DNA of 64,000 bases from positions 124,001 to 188,000 of the forward strand of contig MU005986.1 of the NCBI GenBank assembly GCA_010093745.1, in the 5' to 3' direction. The stretch comes from Piedraia hortae CBS 480.64. Lineage: Eukaryota. Positions 42,801 to 55,506 of this stretch are shown in pieces. The position numbers and the translations under genes were made by a program. Below the pieces are notes generated by a model, which was not told where the DNA came from, searched no databases, and saw only the letters and a list, made by a program, of their open reading frames with translations. Positions within the stretch are counted from its first letter, which is position 1; every line of letters begins with the position of its first letter.

Positions 42801-45482
42801 TCAATCCTGCATGATAAGCGAAGGATCGTCTACATCATCACCGTCCTCCTGACCCTCCTTCACCTCTTGCTGCTCACTCTGCAGCTTAAGCAAAGTATTC
42901 CGCAAATCAGCCCGCTTTTCCGACGGACTAAAATCCGCAAAGTCAACATGACCCTCTAGTCGTCTGCCGGCTACCTGAGCAACAAACCTCTGAGGATCTT
43001 TGACAAATTGCTCAACGTAGCCAATTAGGTAGACACCGCAATCGCAAAAATTGGTCTGCTCCGGTATCCCCAATGCCCTCATGCCCTGGAAGACTGAGCG
43101 GTCGATTTGCATTCCACGCTTCTCCTCGCCTTCCTTAGCTACATACTCCTTCAGAAGTCTCACCTCTGAGCAGTGATCTCCGCCTAAAGAGTCAAGAGTG
43201 ATGATTAGGGGTGTTTTGGCGTTGTAGGTTCGGTAGGAAGTGATGGACTTCTGCTTCCTCCGTTTACCGCGTTTAACGGGTTTGGCCACCTTTGATTTTG
43301 TCAATTTTGACCCGTCCGAGTTGAGGATATCATCGTCAACGGTCTCATCCTCTTCAGCGGAGCTGCCAATTTTTATCCGCTCTTCTGTTGTCTTGTCGCT
43401 CTCCTCTTCCTGCGACTTTTCCTCGTCATTTTTCTCAACCTCTACCGGCTTTTCTTCTGTTGCCTCTTCCTCGCACTTTTCACCGCCCTCCATAAGCGTG
43501 TCTAGGTTGCAAATGATAGCAACAAACCAATGAAGCCGCACGCAGATGGGAACCACGATGTAGGGAGTTTTGAAAATGTCAACATTTTTTGTCCAGCGCT
43601 TCACGGCGTCGTAGTTTGGAGTGTTGCGTCCGCCTTTCGAAGACAGGGAAGAGTAAAAAAAGCTGCTAAAAAAGTGAATCTTTTCGCGCACTTCAGGGGC
43701 CAGGCTTTCCTCAATCTGTCGTAAGCCGAAGCCGACTATGCTGTCGTTGAGAAACTCCCCTTCATCTAGACGCGGCAAGTCGTCAAAGTCCACAGTCACC
43801 CTCCTGGGACCTTCAGCAGGGTAGACAACCGGACGTGGCCAGCGATCAAGCGGGTTGACTCTTGTCCACTTCTCCGGTGATGGCTCCTGCTGCCGTCTCA
43901 AGGTAGGTTTTCGATCCCGCATCGATCGACGGAGGAAGAGTTCGGGAAAGGGTTCGTCAGCAGTATCTTGCCTGTTTCGCCTTACTCTCCGAAGAAAGCC
44001 CGTGGATCGCTGCCGCTCCGACACATTATCTTCAATGTCGTCTACCGGCGTGGGCATCTGTAGGGCTTTCGGCAGAGTGCGAATCCGCTCCATCTCAAGC
44101 TTCAGCTGCTGCACCTGACGGTTGTACTGCGCTTCTACGCGTTCGGCAGAAATTTTAATGGTTTTGATGTTTTTGTTGACCTGTGCGAGCTTTGTCAAGA
44201 GCCACTCTTGGCCGCTCTTGTCACCCTCGGCCAGAGCGAGGCAAATGCTGCCATTGCTGACGTTCGTCATGCTCCCCTTGATGTGGATCTTGGACACTGT
44301 AGGAGAGTAATGGACCTCGTTTGCTTCAACACTGCCAATCTTAACGACTTGTGTCTCGTCTTGGATGCTGACCGGACTACTTCCGTTGTGAAGTACTAGG
44401 GCATCGTTCTTGTCGTCCCAGTGAAGAGCAATATTGGCACCATCCAGAATACAGGAAGTGGCGTGGAAGGCGGCGATCGTTACAGAATCCTCGTCATGGC
44501 TGAGATCAATGGCATCGCAGAATTTGCGAAAGTGCCTGGACGTTATCCCCTGTGACTCGGAAAGTTTGCGTGGGGGAACGTTCCTTTTAAAGGCGATGGA
44601 ACTTCTGGTGAGCTCATCACTAGAATCGTTATCACCACCTCCATCTGGCCTTGGTTGCATTCGAGCGATTATCTTATTTCTGCTCGTCTGCGACTTTTGA
44701 CCCTTTGCTGCACGTTCAATATCGGAATCGGGACAGGTTTGTTTGATGGCTCGCCTTGGCGGTTGGGCGGGAGATTTGGAAGCCTTGGCAGCCCTATGCG
44801 TTGTTTCAGCACTAAAAAGGCCAAGACTGTCCGTGATTCCACTAAAAGAGGCATTGCCGGGAGGGTGTTTGGGACAACTTTGCGCGGGCTCGTCTTCGCG
44901 TGTTGCGTCGACTGGGACCGAAATGGTCACTTGCTGCACCCCATTACTCTGTGCTGCGGATGAGCGGCGTTTTGGCGGCGAAGCAGCTGACTCTCCGTCT
45001 GACAGGTCCACGACAAAGCTTACTGAATGTGCGCTGTGCGGGCGCGGTTTGGGCAAGGCATTATGCATTTCAAAAGGTCGCACCTCATCATGCGGGAATT
45101 TTCTTTTTTTCGAGAACTCCGTGGGTCTCATTGGGGCCGCGTAGGACGCGCTGCTAAATGTAGGCATTTGTAAAAGGGGTCCTCTGGCGGCGTTTAGGGT
45201 ATTTGTAGGCTTCACACCGCCGTAGTTTTTGGGCTTTGGTTTGCTCCTCTGGGCACCGGAATTTATCACAGTGGGAATGGAGCGCGCGGTTGATGGAGTG
45301 CCGTAGTCACCCATTAGCCTCGCCGCATGATTGTTTTCCGCCATTCTGGGGAGTTGTGCGCCATCAGAAGCGGTGTTTACGCGCGGGACACTGTCAAGAT
45401 TCTGCGGAATGAGCCATGATTCGTTTGCACCTAACATGATCCAGCAAGAACGAGAGGGTGGTAATATTGGAAGAGACGTCAT
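42801..45482 (-). CDS. SUMO-specific cysteine protease, Ulp2-like (peptidase C48); true 5' end probably in upstream exons (to ~45680)
   Basis: EFLNDSIV, VKRWTK, HWFVAIIC, LDSL, QTNFCDCG catalytic motifs; ATG 45482 appears to lie inside a gtaagt...ttag intron. Confidence 0.85.
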   Translation of the reverse strand: MTSLPILPPSRSCWIMLGANESWLIPQNLDSVPRVNTASDGAQLPRMAENNHAARLMGDYGTPSTARSIPTVINSGAQRSKPKPKNYGGVKPTNTLNAARGPLLQMPTFSSASYAAPMRPTEFSKKRKFPHDEVRPFEMHNALPKPRPHSAHSVSFVVDLSDGESAASPPKRRSSAAQSNGVQQVTISVPVDATREDEPAQSCPKHPPGNASFSGITDSLGLFSAETTHRAAKASKSPAQPPRRAIKQTCPDSDIERAAKGQKSQTSRNKIIARMQPRPDGGGDNDSSDELTRSSIAFKRNVPPRKLSESQGITSRHFRKFCDAIDLSHDEDSVTIAAFHATSCILDGANIALHWDDKNDALVLHNGSSPVSIQDETQVVKIGSVEANEVHYSPTVSKIHIKGSMTNVSNGSICLALAEGDKSGQEWLLTKLAQVNKNIKTIKISAERVEAQYNRQVQQLKLEMERIRTLPKALQMPTPVDDIEDNVSERQRSTGFLRRVRRNRQDTADEPFPELFLRRSMRDRKPTLRRQQEPSPEKWTRVNPLDRWPRPVVYPAEGPRRVTVDFDDLPRLDEGEFLNDSIVGFGLRQIEESLAPEVREKIHFFSSFFYSSLSSKGGRNTPNYDAVKRWTKNVDIFKTPYIVVPICVRLHWFVAIICNLDTLMEGGEKCEEEATEEKPVEVEKNDEEKSQEEESDKTTEERIKIGSSAEEDETVDDDILNSDGSKLTKSKVAKPVKRGKRRKQKSITSYRTYNAKTPLIITLDSLGGDHCSEVRLLKEYVAKEGEEKRGMQIDRSVFQGMRALGIPEQTNFCDCGVYLIGYVEQFVKDPQRFVAQVAGRRLEGHVDFADFSPSEKRADLRNTLLKLQSEQQEVKEGQEDGDDVDDPSLIMQD

Positions 45483-45827
45483 AGGCTAGTTGTGAACTTA
45501 CCGAACTTTGAGGTTGTCTGTCCTTGCTATCCTTTGACGTGAGTGAATTTAAGAGACTGCTGAACATGCTTGACCCGTCTCACGCGTACTTCACCCAGCA
45601 GTCGGCTTGGTAGCAGACGGCCACAGCCGCAGACCATGTTGCGTGACGGCGGCATCGGTTGAATGCCGTAAACGGACATCGTACAGTAGCCAAAACGGGC
45701 TAGCCTAGTGATACACTTCGGACTGAAACGACGCGGGAAATAGAACAGACTAACCAGAATTGGGAAGGCAGCTGCACGTTGGGCTAACCTTTCCAGGCCA
45801 TATCGAATGAATGAGTACGAATTACGG

Positions 45828-46833
45828 CTACATGTCGACCAGCGTATTGCGACGGACCTTCTCCTTGGCCTGATCAACGGCATTTTGCTGCGTGATGCTT
45901 TCGTCGTGACTCCGCCAGTGCATGTTGGTATCTGGCGGCAGCGCCAGAATGCGCTTGATGGTTTCGCGAATCTTGACATTGCGCCCGCCGTCCATCTTGG
46001 TCCACACCGAGATCATGTCCTCGCCGCTGCGCACACTGACTACGGCACCGCACACCTCGTCGCCGGCCTCTGCGAATTGATCCCCAATCATCGCCAGCAA
46101 CAGGTCCTCCCAGTAGCGGTCGGCGACCCCCTTCTTAAGCCGCAGAATCCACTTGCCGCCCCGTCTATTCTCCTCATCTTCCCACACCGGCCTGATGCCG
46201 TCTTTGAAGAAATGGTAATCACTGACGATGGGCAGCGCGCTGGGCCGCTTCAGGTGCACGTAGGCTTTGAAAAAGTCCTGCACCGTTGACACACGACAGA
46301 GCGGCTGCATCGACTTTTCATAGTCGCTGTTCTTGCTCGTAGGTGGGCGGTAGTATATGATCCACGAGTTTCGCAGCGCCGCCGCATCCTTGGTCGTTAC
46401 CGTGTCCAACGGCAGTTTCAGCGCTGAGACCGACCGCCTTGCAGCCGATTTAGGCTCCCGCTCGGGCTCGTCCTTTTCAGTCTCCTTGTCTTCGGCTCTC
46501 GTGGACTCAGCAGCCGCCGGTTTGGTCGGTTTGGATGTGCTCCCGAAGCCAAAGGCGCCGCTGCCCAGACCAAACGATGCCTGACCGTTGGGAGACGGGG
46601 CGCCGAGGGTGCCCAGCCCGTTCTGTGAGCCGCGGTGGGTGGAGAGACTGATCGACCCCAGCCGCTTGGCCGACTGGGGCTCGTAGCCATCGGCGCGGTC
46701 TGGTTTGTTTACCGAGATGCTGAGTTTTCCGTTGCTGCGACGGTGTCAGAGAGCCGGCAACTGGTTGTGCATAGAGGAGCGCTTACATAGAACGACGTGA
46801 CCAGATACGAGCCGGAGATTCTCTCTGGTCCAT
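45828..46833 (-). CDS. Class II eIF4E (4EHP/eIF4E2-like); intron 46786-46735
   Basis: DYHFFKDGIRPVWEDEEN..GGKW, RYWEDLLLAMIGDQF; Tyr in place of N-terminal cap-binding Trp (IIYYRPP...SDYEK); spliced start MDQRESPARIWSRRSINGKL. Confidence 0.9.
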
Positions 46834-47600
46834 TGGCAGTTGTCTGCTGGCCGTACAAGGTTGTCCTTGGCGTTTGAAACAGCGACAAATGAGGACCTGA
46901 CGCTATGGCTGGATATCAAAAAGGTGGAGATGATTGTATAGAATGTGTTGAATGACTGGCGGGAGCGCAAGGGTGGAACTGTGCAGTTGTGGTATTATTG
47001 ATGGACGAATGTTTTGTGGAGGTTCGTGTTCTCCCCACCAAATTCCACCGTAAAACCCTGAATCTCCCGTTTCTACTTTTTTTTTTCTTCTTCACAAAGA
47101 CCACCAACTCAAATCACCGTCACCGCCTCTGTTCATGGCATTGACGGTTCCGCATGTGTGCGTCGAGAGTGAACAGTAGTCCGTCCGTAAAACCATCATC
47201 ACGAGGGTAATCTTGGGATCTCTCCCATGATGGCTTCCCATGATGCGATGATGACCTGAATGGCGGCACACTCCCATGTAAGACCATTTCCTATCTGCTG
47301 CCTTGATGAAATATCTAGAGCTTCTGGTAATCCAACCGCTGCACAGCCGCAACCTTGCTGGCTGTGTCTGAGGAGCAAAGGCAAAGTCTGACATGCAACT
47401 TCTTTCTCTGACCACACTTTCATCCGCTAACAGTCCAGACAGGAAGCGTTTCTAGTCTGACTATTCTACATGTCTACTTTACACCGACTACGTCATTCTT
47501 CTTCCACAATCATTACCCTCCAGCACTCCTAGCCCAAAGGCGAACCGGTCGCCATGCTACTACATTACCAGGCACCGTCGCTATGCTTCCGTTCCCAGAC

Positions 47601-49735
47601 TCATGTCTGTGGCCAGCGGGACCTAAGTCCCTCGGTCCATCGTCCGTAGAGCACATCCGCCAGCATACCTACATGCTCCATGTCCTTTTCAATCTTTCCC
47701 GGCATCTTGTCCTCCAGAGCCGCTTTTTCCTTTTCCTTTTCCTTTTCCGCCTGCAGCTGTTGGTTAGAGCGCATCTTCTTGAGGTGTGGGTTGAGCGGGT
47801 TGAGAACCAGCTTGCTGGGACTGCTGCTGCCACCACTCTTGGTCGGAGAGTAGGAACTTCCCTCGCTCACCCTCTTCGCCTTTGACGGTGACGAGTGCGG
47901 TGTTACGTCTCGATTGGTCGAAGTTCCACGCTGTGAGTTTTTCCTCGACATGCGCATCGAATCCGCTTGTGCAGCGGCCATACGCTGTGGTAGCAATACA
48001 CTGGCAAGCTTGGGATCCATCTGGATGCGATCCACGATGGCTTTCAGCAGGATCAACTCTCCCTCGGGATCGCCAGAGTCCAGCTCCGCCCAGGCCTCAG
48101 CCACTCTGCCCAAGGCTTCACGCTTGGTGCGATCACCAGTGGAGGCGTAGCATTCCTGAAAGGCCGGGTCGACGCAGTTTGCAAAGCTCCTCCTGCCAAG
48201 CAAGCCCTCCTTGTTGGTAGCCGGTGTAGGTGGAGGACGTAGCACGGTTGATATTGGAGGTCTGTTCTCGGCATCGCTGTCGATGACGCTGTCCTGCGGT
48301 GAGACAACACTTTGAGCCTGAACTGCGGATTTGTGCTCCGAAGGAACCCTCTTGAATTGGCGGACCGTAGACGGGCTATTGCCAAACGACATGTCCACCC
48401 CCAGCGGCTGCCTGGCGCTGACACGACGAGCTGTAGGCGTTGCGCCAGAGGATCTTCGACTAGACCGGCGAGCAGCTGGGGAGACGACGGACACCTTTCT
48501 GGCCGTGGCAACTCTCGGGCTAGCATGGCGTGGCTTGGGAGTCGTAATGGTCGACTGCGCCCTTCTCATCGTACCTCCAGCGCTCTTGATAGTTCCCAGG
48601 GGCGCATTATCCAAGCTGAGTCCCTCCATAGCGCTCGTAGCCTTCGACATCCCATCCTGTCCTCTTTCCGCATTGGGTCTAGACACCAACCTTTGCGTCC
48701 CAACCAGCGCTCGCACCGTCTGCGTAGGCTTGATCGTCTCGAAAACCCACTCATCGTCCTCCTGGAGATTGTTCATCTCCCTAAGCGTCTCCTCATAATA
48801 CTTCGGCGTCTTCTCCCTCCTTGCACCGCTCTGCTCCCATTGCTTCACCTTCTGCACCAACCCCTTCAACACTTCCACCTTCCCCGCGCGCGCAATGAAT
48901 GGATGCTTTAACAGCGCCCTCGCCGTCGGCCTCTTCTCCGCATCCTTATTCAAACAAAGCGCCACGAAATCCTTAAATTCCCTCGACCACCTATTCCCCT
49001 CCAAACGAGGCGGTTTTTCCTTCGGAATCAAAAACAACACCTTCATAGGATGAACCTCGCTCCTCGGCGGTTCCCCCAGCGCCATCTCCATGGCCGTAAT
49101 CCCCAGGGACCAAATATCCGCATGAAAATCATATCCATACTCCTGGATAACCTCTGGCGCCATCCAAAACGGGGTCCCAACGAACGTCAACCTCTGACTC
49201 TTAATATTGGTCAACTGCGCCGCGACCCCAAAATCCGCAATCTTCACTCTTCCCTTCTCAGACAACAAAATATTCGCCGCTTTGATATCCCGATGAATCT
49301 TACCCGATCCGTGGAGGTAATCCAGTCCATGCAGCAGCTCTCTCAGAACGATCGCGATGTACTCTTCACTTAGCGGACCAGGTTGGAGGAGATCCAAACA
49401 GCTCCCTCCGCCAAGATACTCCATCACGATCCACAATTTCACCCCACGGACAAACGACGCCTTATACCTTGTAACATACTCGCTCGAGCACGTCGCAAGG
49501 AGGGATATCTCCTGCTGAATCTCGCGAATGTCGTCATCGCTGCCTTCAAGATCGATGTGCTTTATCGCGACGAACTCGCCGGTGCTTTTCTCGAGCGCTT
49601 TGTACACCACACCGAAGGAACCGCCTGGTCGTACACGTTAGCGATCCCCCCTCCCATTCGTGGGTTTTCATGGATGGTTGACTCACTCCCCAACTGCTCC
49701 AGCATCTGGTAATTGTCAGCCATTTCGGCGTCCAT
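47601..49735 (-). CDS. STE20/GCK family Ser/Thr kinase, Sid1/SepL-like; intron 49686-49625
   Basis: LGSGSFGVVYKA, HRDIKAAN, DFG, FVGTPFWMAPEVI; C-terminal LYGRWTEGLRSRWP. Confidence 0.88.
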
Positions 49736-50183
49736 TGCGGGAGAAAAGAGTGGTGTGGCGTAAAGGAGGGAAAAGTGGTGGACGGCGTTGTTCCCGTTTG
49801 TGTTGGCTTGAGCGGGTCGCTAGTCTACCACCGTTGAATGCGTGGTTCAGGGAGGGTAAATATCACCCCGTTGGCATGGCAACGAAGACGTCATTCACTC
49901 GTTTCAGCCGGCCGTTGGTGGGCCTGAGCGGGTGGCTTGGATTCACGATTCTGGAAGTGAGTGAGGCGTTTTTGTGGATGCAGTGTAACTGCAGGATGAC
50001 ATGCGCGAGCGCTTTTCTCCGCGTTGCGATGACGCTGTCATCACAACAGCGGGATGGAAATTGAGACTACTGCACGTGAGGGACTGCGGAAAACGCCGTC
50101 TTCATGGTTGACCGGCAACAACCTCTAGTCTAGGCTTCAGCTAATACCCATATACCATCGTCATCATGTAGCCATCTATTGCA

Positions 50184-52178
50184 CTAAACATGCCTTAGAG
50201 GATGCAACAACGCCTCACCCGGGGCGGGACTCCCCCTCTTCGTTCTCGCTTTCGGGCTTCTGGAAACGCTCGCTGTCGTTCCACGTGTTGACATCCTCCC
50301 CCTCGTAACCTCCTTTAGTCGTGCAATTTCCTCCTCCCTCTTGACCAGCAACATCTCCCTGTTTTGTAACATTGCCTTGAGTGTGATATTATCAGTCTTT
50401 ATACTCTTCGTTTCCGTTTCGATATCAAGCTGCCTGAGGACTATCCGCTCCCGCCCCAACATCTTATTCGCCTCGTTGAGCTGTTTTTCGAGAGTCATGA
50501 CCTGGTCCGCGAGGCTGCGCGCCTGCTGCGATGCGTTCTGGTACGTCTCCCTCAGGTACTGCGCTTCTTCTTTGGCGGTTTCGAGACGCTTTGCGAGCGC
50601 TTCTCTTTCGACGGTGACGGATGCGAGATTTTGTTGTAGACTGGCTAGTTCGCCTCGTTCTGGGATGGTGTGGTTGAGGAGCTCAGCTTGGGCGGTGCTC
50701 AGCGCGTCTTTGAGGTCGACATTTTCGAGCTTTAGAGCAGTGGCTTTGGCGTTGAGATGGGTCAACCTCTCGGTGGCACTTTGGGCGAGGACAAGGGCGT
50801 CGTCTCTCGCTCGACCTATTCGTGCAATGTCGTAGCGTTGGTCTTCGTAGCGGTATTGGAGGTCGTTCAGTGCGACGATGTGCTCGTTTAGTCTTTCTTC
50901 GAGAGTTTTGAGGGCAACAGTGCAGGCAAGTTTGCATCCGTTGCTGGGGTGGGTTCGGCCCAATACGCGGGTGTTTGAGGATATTGAGATGGAATTTGGG
51001 GAGACGGTCCCCTCTAGGCGGGGTTTCTTGTGGTCATCGGCGGACGGGTCGGTTGCCTCGTCTAGTGGTCTTTTATGGCTGGAGGCTGCGGGGGTATTAT
51101 TGGGCAGCGAGTCTTCTGGTAAATTGGCCATGATTGACAGGACGGTTATGTCGTTTATGGGCAGGTCCATCTCCTCGTCATTAGAAGTGAGGTACCTGGC
51201 AATCCTTGTGCTTGCCGCTTCAGGTGTAATGGCTCCGCTGCTGCTTTTTCCAGCCTCGCCGCGATACTGCCACGTCCCGATCACTTGAGCTCGTAGGCGA
51301 TCGAGCATCGGCAATGAGGGAGAAACCGATAAATCGACGTGCTCAATAGAGTTAGGTATCACTAAGCGAACGACGGGTAGTCCTTTCAGTTTCGTGAGAG
51401 AATCCTCCGCCTCCCGCTCGGCAAGCGGATCTAACAGGATCAAAAGTCCCATCTTAGACTTCGAAAGTTGTGCCGGGAAATCAGAGCTCAGCATTAACGT
51501 TATCGCCAGCCCACTGGTGCTTTGTTTAGACTGCTCTGAAGCATAACGGCATGGGACGTCAAGTCCTTGCAAAAGAGTCTGGAGCATGGAGATCAGGCTA
51601 CCATGGTGTACCATGATCCCAATCTGCACTTCTTGATCTCGAAGCTTGTTTACCAAGTCTGCTAATAGGCGGAACTTTGAGCTGCACTCGGCATCCCACA
51701 ACGCTTGGCTCTTGGGTTCGACTTGAAACCGTGGCTGCTGAGCCTCACTGTTATCCAGGTCCATGTGCAAAGTAATAAGTCGCATTCTCTCAAGGAATTC
51801 CTTGACATTAGATATGACTTCGTCATTGGGTGCAGCTTCTCCCAAAAACGTTTGTATCAACCTTCTGTGCTGCCACACCGTGGTGTTGTAATGGTCTCGC
51901 TGATGCCCCAGTAGAGCAATGGGGTATGTAGTAATATGAGGCTGGAGTGACCCCAAATCTGGGGTTTGAGGAACGGATTCCGATGTCATGTATGGTCCAG
52001 TACCCTGTATAGGTGTTGTTTGGGCCTGTGGAATCAATGTCTCTTGATAATCAGTTTGGGTTGTATCAATTGGGGAGAGAGCGCGAACGGGCTCTTCGAC
52101 GGGAATAGCTGAGGGCGAACGTTGACGATGTTCATCCAGAAAAGATAACTCAAGCTTAGGACAATGAGAGTTCTGCAT
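50184..52178 (-). CDS. HDA2/3-like domain protein with C-terminal coiled coil
   Basis: CSSKFRLLADLV...VVRLVIPNSIEHV resembles the HDA1-complex subunit 2/3 fold; long heptad region; start uncertain. Confidence 0.55.
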   Translation of the reverse strand: MQNSHCPKLELSFLDEHRQRSPSAIPVEEPVRALSPIDTTQTDYQETLIPQAQTTPIQGTGPYMTSESVPQTPDLGSLQPHITTYPIALLGHQRDHYNTTVWQHRRLIQTFLGEAAPNDEVISNVKEFLERMRLITLHMDLDNSEAQQPRFQVEPKSQALWDAECSSKFRLLADLVNKLRDQEVQIGIMVHHGSLISMLQTLLQGLDVPCRYASEQSKQSTSGLAITLMLSSDFPAQLSKSKMGLLILLDPLAEREAEDSLTKLKGLPVVRLVIPNSIEHVDLSVSPSLPMLDRLRAQVIGTWQYRGEAGKSSSGAITPEAASTRIARYLTSNDEEMDLPINDITVLSIMANLPEDSLPNNTPAASSHKRPLDEATDPSADDHKKPRLEGTVSPNSISISSNTRVLGRTHPSNGCKLACTVALKTLEERLNEHIVALNDLQYRYEDQRYDIARIGRARDDALVLAQSATERLTHLNAKATALKLENVDLKDALSTAQAELLNHTIPERGELASLQQNLASVTVEREALAKRLETAKEEAQYLRETYQNASQQARSLADQVMTLEKQLNEANKMLGRERIVLRQLDIETETKSIKTDNITLKAMLQNREMLLVKREEEIARLKEVTRGRMSTRGTTASVSRSPKARTKRGSPAPGEALLHPLRHV

Positions 52179-52821
52179 CGTGACCTTGAAGTCTAACCCG
52201 CTTGGGAAGGATCTCACTAGATTTACAGGTTACGATGCTTGAAGGAGCAAGTATGTTTTTGTCTTGCTGTAACGGTCAAGTAGTGATGTGGAAATGATAA
52301 TTGATGCAGCACTAATATTAGTGTTCGAAGCCGGGCTGCGCCGGGCCGCGCCGTGCTGCAAGATCTTCAACCAACCAAGATGCAGATTCGTCCAACCCCT
52401 CGGACCACAACTTGACTTCAAGCGCGAATGTAACAACATATAGAGCTTTGACATGTCCAACTTCAGTCCATCTTACTTTGCGACATGATTGTCTGGAAAG
52501 CAAGTTGGTAAGACATGGTATTGTGCACGAATGTCAGGTATATCAAGCTCACGCAACCCCACTTGCCCGGTATTCGGAAGAAGAAGTGGTGGGGAGCAGC
52601 TGCAATCTGCTCTGCCGTGATCTCAGTAATGCTTATAGACCACCCTGGAGCCTCATGGGTGAATTGTATTATAATCTTACAAAGTCCTTTGCACACAAAT
52701 TCATGTGACCCCTCCCAGCCATGACGCCAGTGACGCTATGACCGACACCCGTGTTCAATAAGTCCTTACCCCACTCGCACAAACACAGAATAGCCATCAA
52801 TATACAGGCTACTCTCGTAGA

Positions 52822-53782
52822 CATGGCCAGCACCGAGCATGGGTTGCATTCGCCGCCTTCTGAAATCCCCAAGCGGCCAAAAGGTGAGCCACTCGCCTTA
52901 CGTAGCCCGCTCTACTGACAATCTCGTCATTTGGATAGGCATTCTGAAAAACTCTAAATCATACCAGCAGTTGAATCAGTCTGAAAGTGCAGCTGTGCCT
53001 GCCAATGAGGCACAGACTGTTTCGTCCGATGAGCCATTGCCAGCTGCTGTTCCCGGGAGTGACCGTCCTCCCATCCAACGTCGTAACTTGTCCGAACGGG
53101 AGATTACTCAGATGAATACGGAACTCAATGCTGGTGCTGGAGGCAACCGTAGCAGTTCCAGACACCGGGCTCAGCTGCAGCGTCGACCGTCTGGCCAGAG
53201 TAACAGCGCCGAAAACGCTCAAGATCATGCCATGAAACTCAAGTGGGATGAGGCCAATCTTTGGTTGAATGAAGGACAAATGGGAGGGAAGATGAAAATT
53301 GATGAACCCAAAACTCCGTATGCAAAGCAGTATGATCCAGCTGAAGACGAGGAGGAACTCTCCACCATCAACCCCCAACAGATTGCTGTTGATGAGCTGG
53401 AAATGGAAAAGTCCAAGGTCTCAGGATCGAAAAAGAAGGTCAAGGAGGATGATATCCCCGACATTGACCTGGGCGAGCCGGAAGTGAGGCCCAAGACGCA
53501 AGACCGCAGGACCAGCGATGGAGATAGACGTGTCACTGTCAATAAGCAGCCAGAGAATGACAATCTGCATCATGGCGAGGACGAGTCTGGCATGAGCCGC
53601 GAAGAACTGGAGAAGCACAAAAAGTTTGAAGAAATGAGAAAGAAGCACTACGAGATGAAGAACGTCAAGAACCTTCTTGGGTAAGCTAATCTGTCTAGAC
53701 GGTCTGAATTCGGATGCTAACTCTTGCTAGACACCCAGAGAAGTTAGACGAACTTGCGGACGATGAGACTATGGATGACTAG
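52822..53782 (+). CDS. GLC8: Protein phosphatase 1 inhibitor-2; introns 52884-52938, 53681-53730
   Basis: KGILKN, LKWDEANL, MKIDEPKTPY, FEEMRKKHYEM motifs. Confidence 0.93.
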
Positions 53783-54235
53783 CAAGGCTTGATGTTGGGC
53801 GGCCTGTATGCGGGCCGCGTTTGGGGGACTTTGGCAATCATCGCAGTTAGTGTTGCTGTACTACAAGCCTATAACTTCTAAAAGCTCCTTTTGCCTAATG
53901 GCTACTGGGCACAAATTCTGACAGACTCCAAATTGAAGATATGTTGCCCTGATATGAAACGCACCTAGCCATAGATGATAGCACGATGCGCGATTAACTA
54001 CGGGTCAATTGGTCTTGAAGTCAAGACTCACAATGCATGGCATAACGCAATGCTTGCAAGGACACCTGGGCCTTCATCCAAGTTTCCGGCTGGTGTTTGT
54101 GACTTCGTGGTTGAAACAGAAAGGAAGACTTTCGGTGTGTGTGGGGGGACGCAACCGGTGATTGGCTGGGCGCGGGGTATTGGCCGAGGCTTTCCCGACC
54201 CCTCAACGCAACACCCGATCGCACTCCAATCAATC

Positions 54236-54889
54236 ATGTTGGCCCAGAGGACTGCCCAGCAAGCCTTGCGTCGAGGTATGGAGCGAGAGACTAGATGCGC
54301 TGTACCGAGCTGACACGCGATAGTCGCTGCCCAGCAACCAGCGTCTCGGCTGTTGGTGCCGGCGGTCATCACGTCAAGCCGCGTAGTTGTCAATCAGAGG
54401 AGGTCCGAAAGCTACATACGTTAATGACTCCTGCTGACATATATCAGGCCTGCGGTGACGCAAACATTCGACAAGGGAGGCAACGAACATGATATCTTGG
54501 TCCAGCAGCGGGTGAAGCGACCTGTCTCGCCCCATCTGAGCATCTACCGACCTCAGGTGACTTGGATTCTGTCTGCTTTGAACCGTATTACTGGTGTTGC
54601 GCTTTCTGGTAGCCTTTATGCTTTTGGAGCACTCTACCTGGTCTCACCTTACCTCGGCTGGCACCTCGAATCTGCTGTTCTGGCTGCGGCATTTGCGAAG
54701 TGGCCCGTCTCGTTGCAGGCATTGACCAAGTTCATTGTGAGCTGGCCCTTCACATTCCACTGCATGAATGGCATCCGGCACTTGGCTTGGGACACGACGA
54801 GCATGCTCTCCAATTCAAAGGTCAGGATGACGGGCTGGGCGGTGGTTGGGCTGAGTGCCGCGTCTGCCCTGGCACTGGCTATAATGTAG
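54236..54889 (+). CDS. SDH3: Succinate dehydrogenase cytochrome b560 subunit; introns 54276-54323, 54403-54447
   Basis: RPVSPHLSIYRPQ, SALNRITG, FHCMNGIRHLAWD; presequence MLAQRTAQQALRR. Confidence 0.93.
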
Positions 54890-54983
54890 AAGTAATACAC
54901 ATTTGCCTAGTCATTGTACCACTTTTACTTTTTTTTTTCCGTCGTAAACATGTCGTTCTATCGTTGATAATGTCCTACAGAGC

Positions 54984-55397
54984 TCACCCCAGACGGGCTG
55001 CTTCGCCCTCGTCGTCCCATAGGCTGTACTCTTGCTTAGGCTTGACCCTTTCGTCCTTTAGCATCCTGGCGTCCTTTCTAACGTCCTCTCCCTCAACCTC
55101 CAGCCGGGCTTTGGGCTCCTTGGCTTCGATGACAAAATGGTTGTCGCAGTTGGGGCAATACTCATCGCTCTCTTCAAACTCCTCCATGTTCTTACGGAAG
55201 CATTTCTTGCATTTTTTGCAGGCAAATGTCATTTCCATGGTCTGCTTGAGCGGATGGTCCTCTTGCTCGGCATGGCACTGGGCGCAATCAAACCACTTGC
55301 GGCAACACGGGCTGCGAATGGCAACCTGGGCATTGAGAATGTGTTTACTGCGACAATCAGCGACTGGGCGGCTGTTTAGCCGACCGACTTACCACAT
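54984..55397 (-). CDS. CHY-type zinc finger protein; intron 55392-55348
   Basis: Spliced MCKHILNAQVAIRSPCCRKWFDCAQCH...CKKCKK...YCPNCD. Confidence 0.9.
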
Positions 55398-55506
55398 GGC
55401 CGATCGATGTTTCCAAGAACGCTGGGGGCGTCACGCCAACATTGACACACGCGGGGCGACGCGGCATGGCGTAAACAACTGACATTTCCAGAACAACATA
55501 TTCATC

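Noticed and set aside
47240..47375. Possible box C/D snoRNA (ATGATGA...CTGA)
   Set aside because: No convincing terminal stem or rRNA-complementary guide recognised; needs snoscan or Infernal
10758..53782. A ubiquitin-like/PP1 regulatory cluster (CSN5, URM1, SHP1, Ulp2-like, GLC8)
   Set aside because: Genes are scattered over more than 40 kb among unrelated genes; expected by chance
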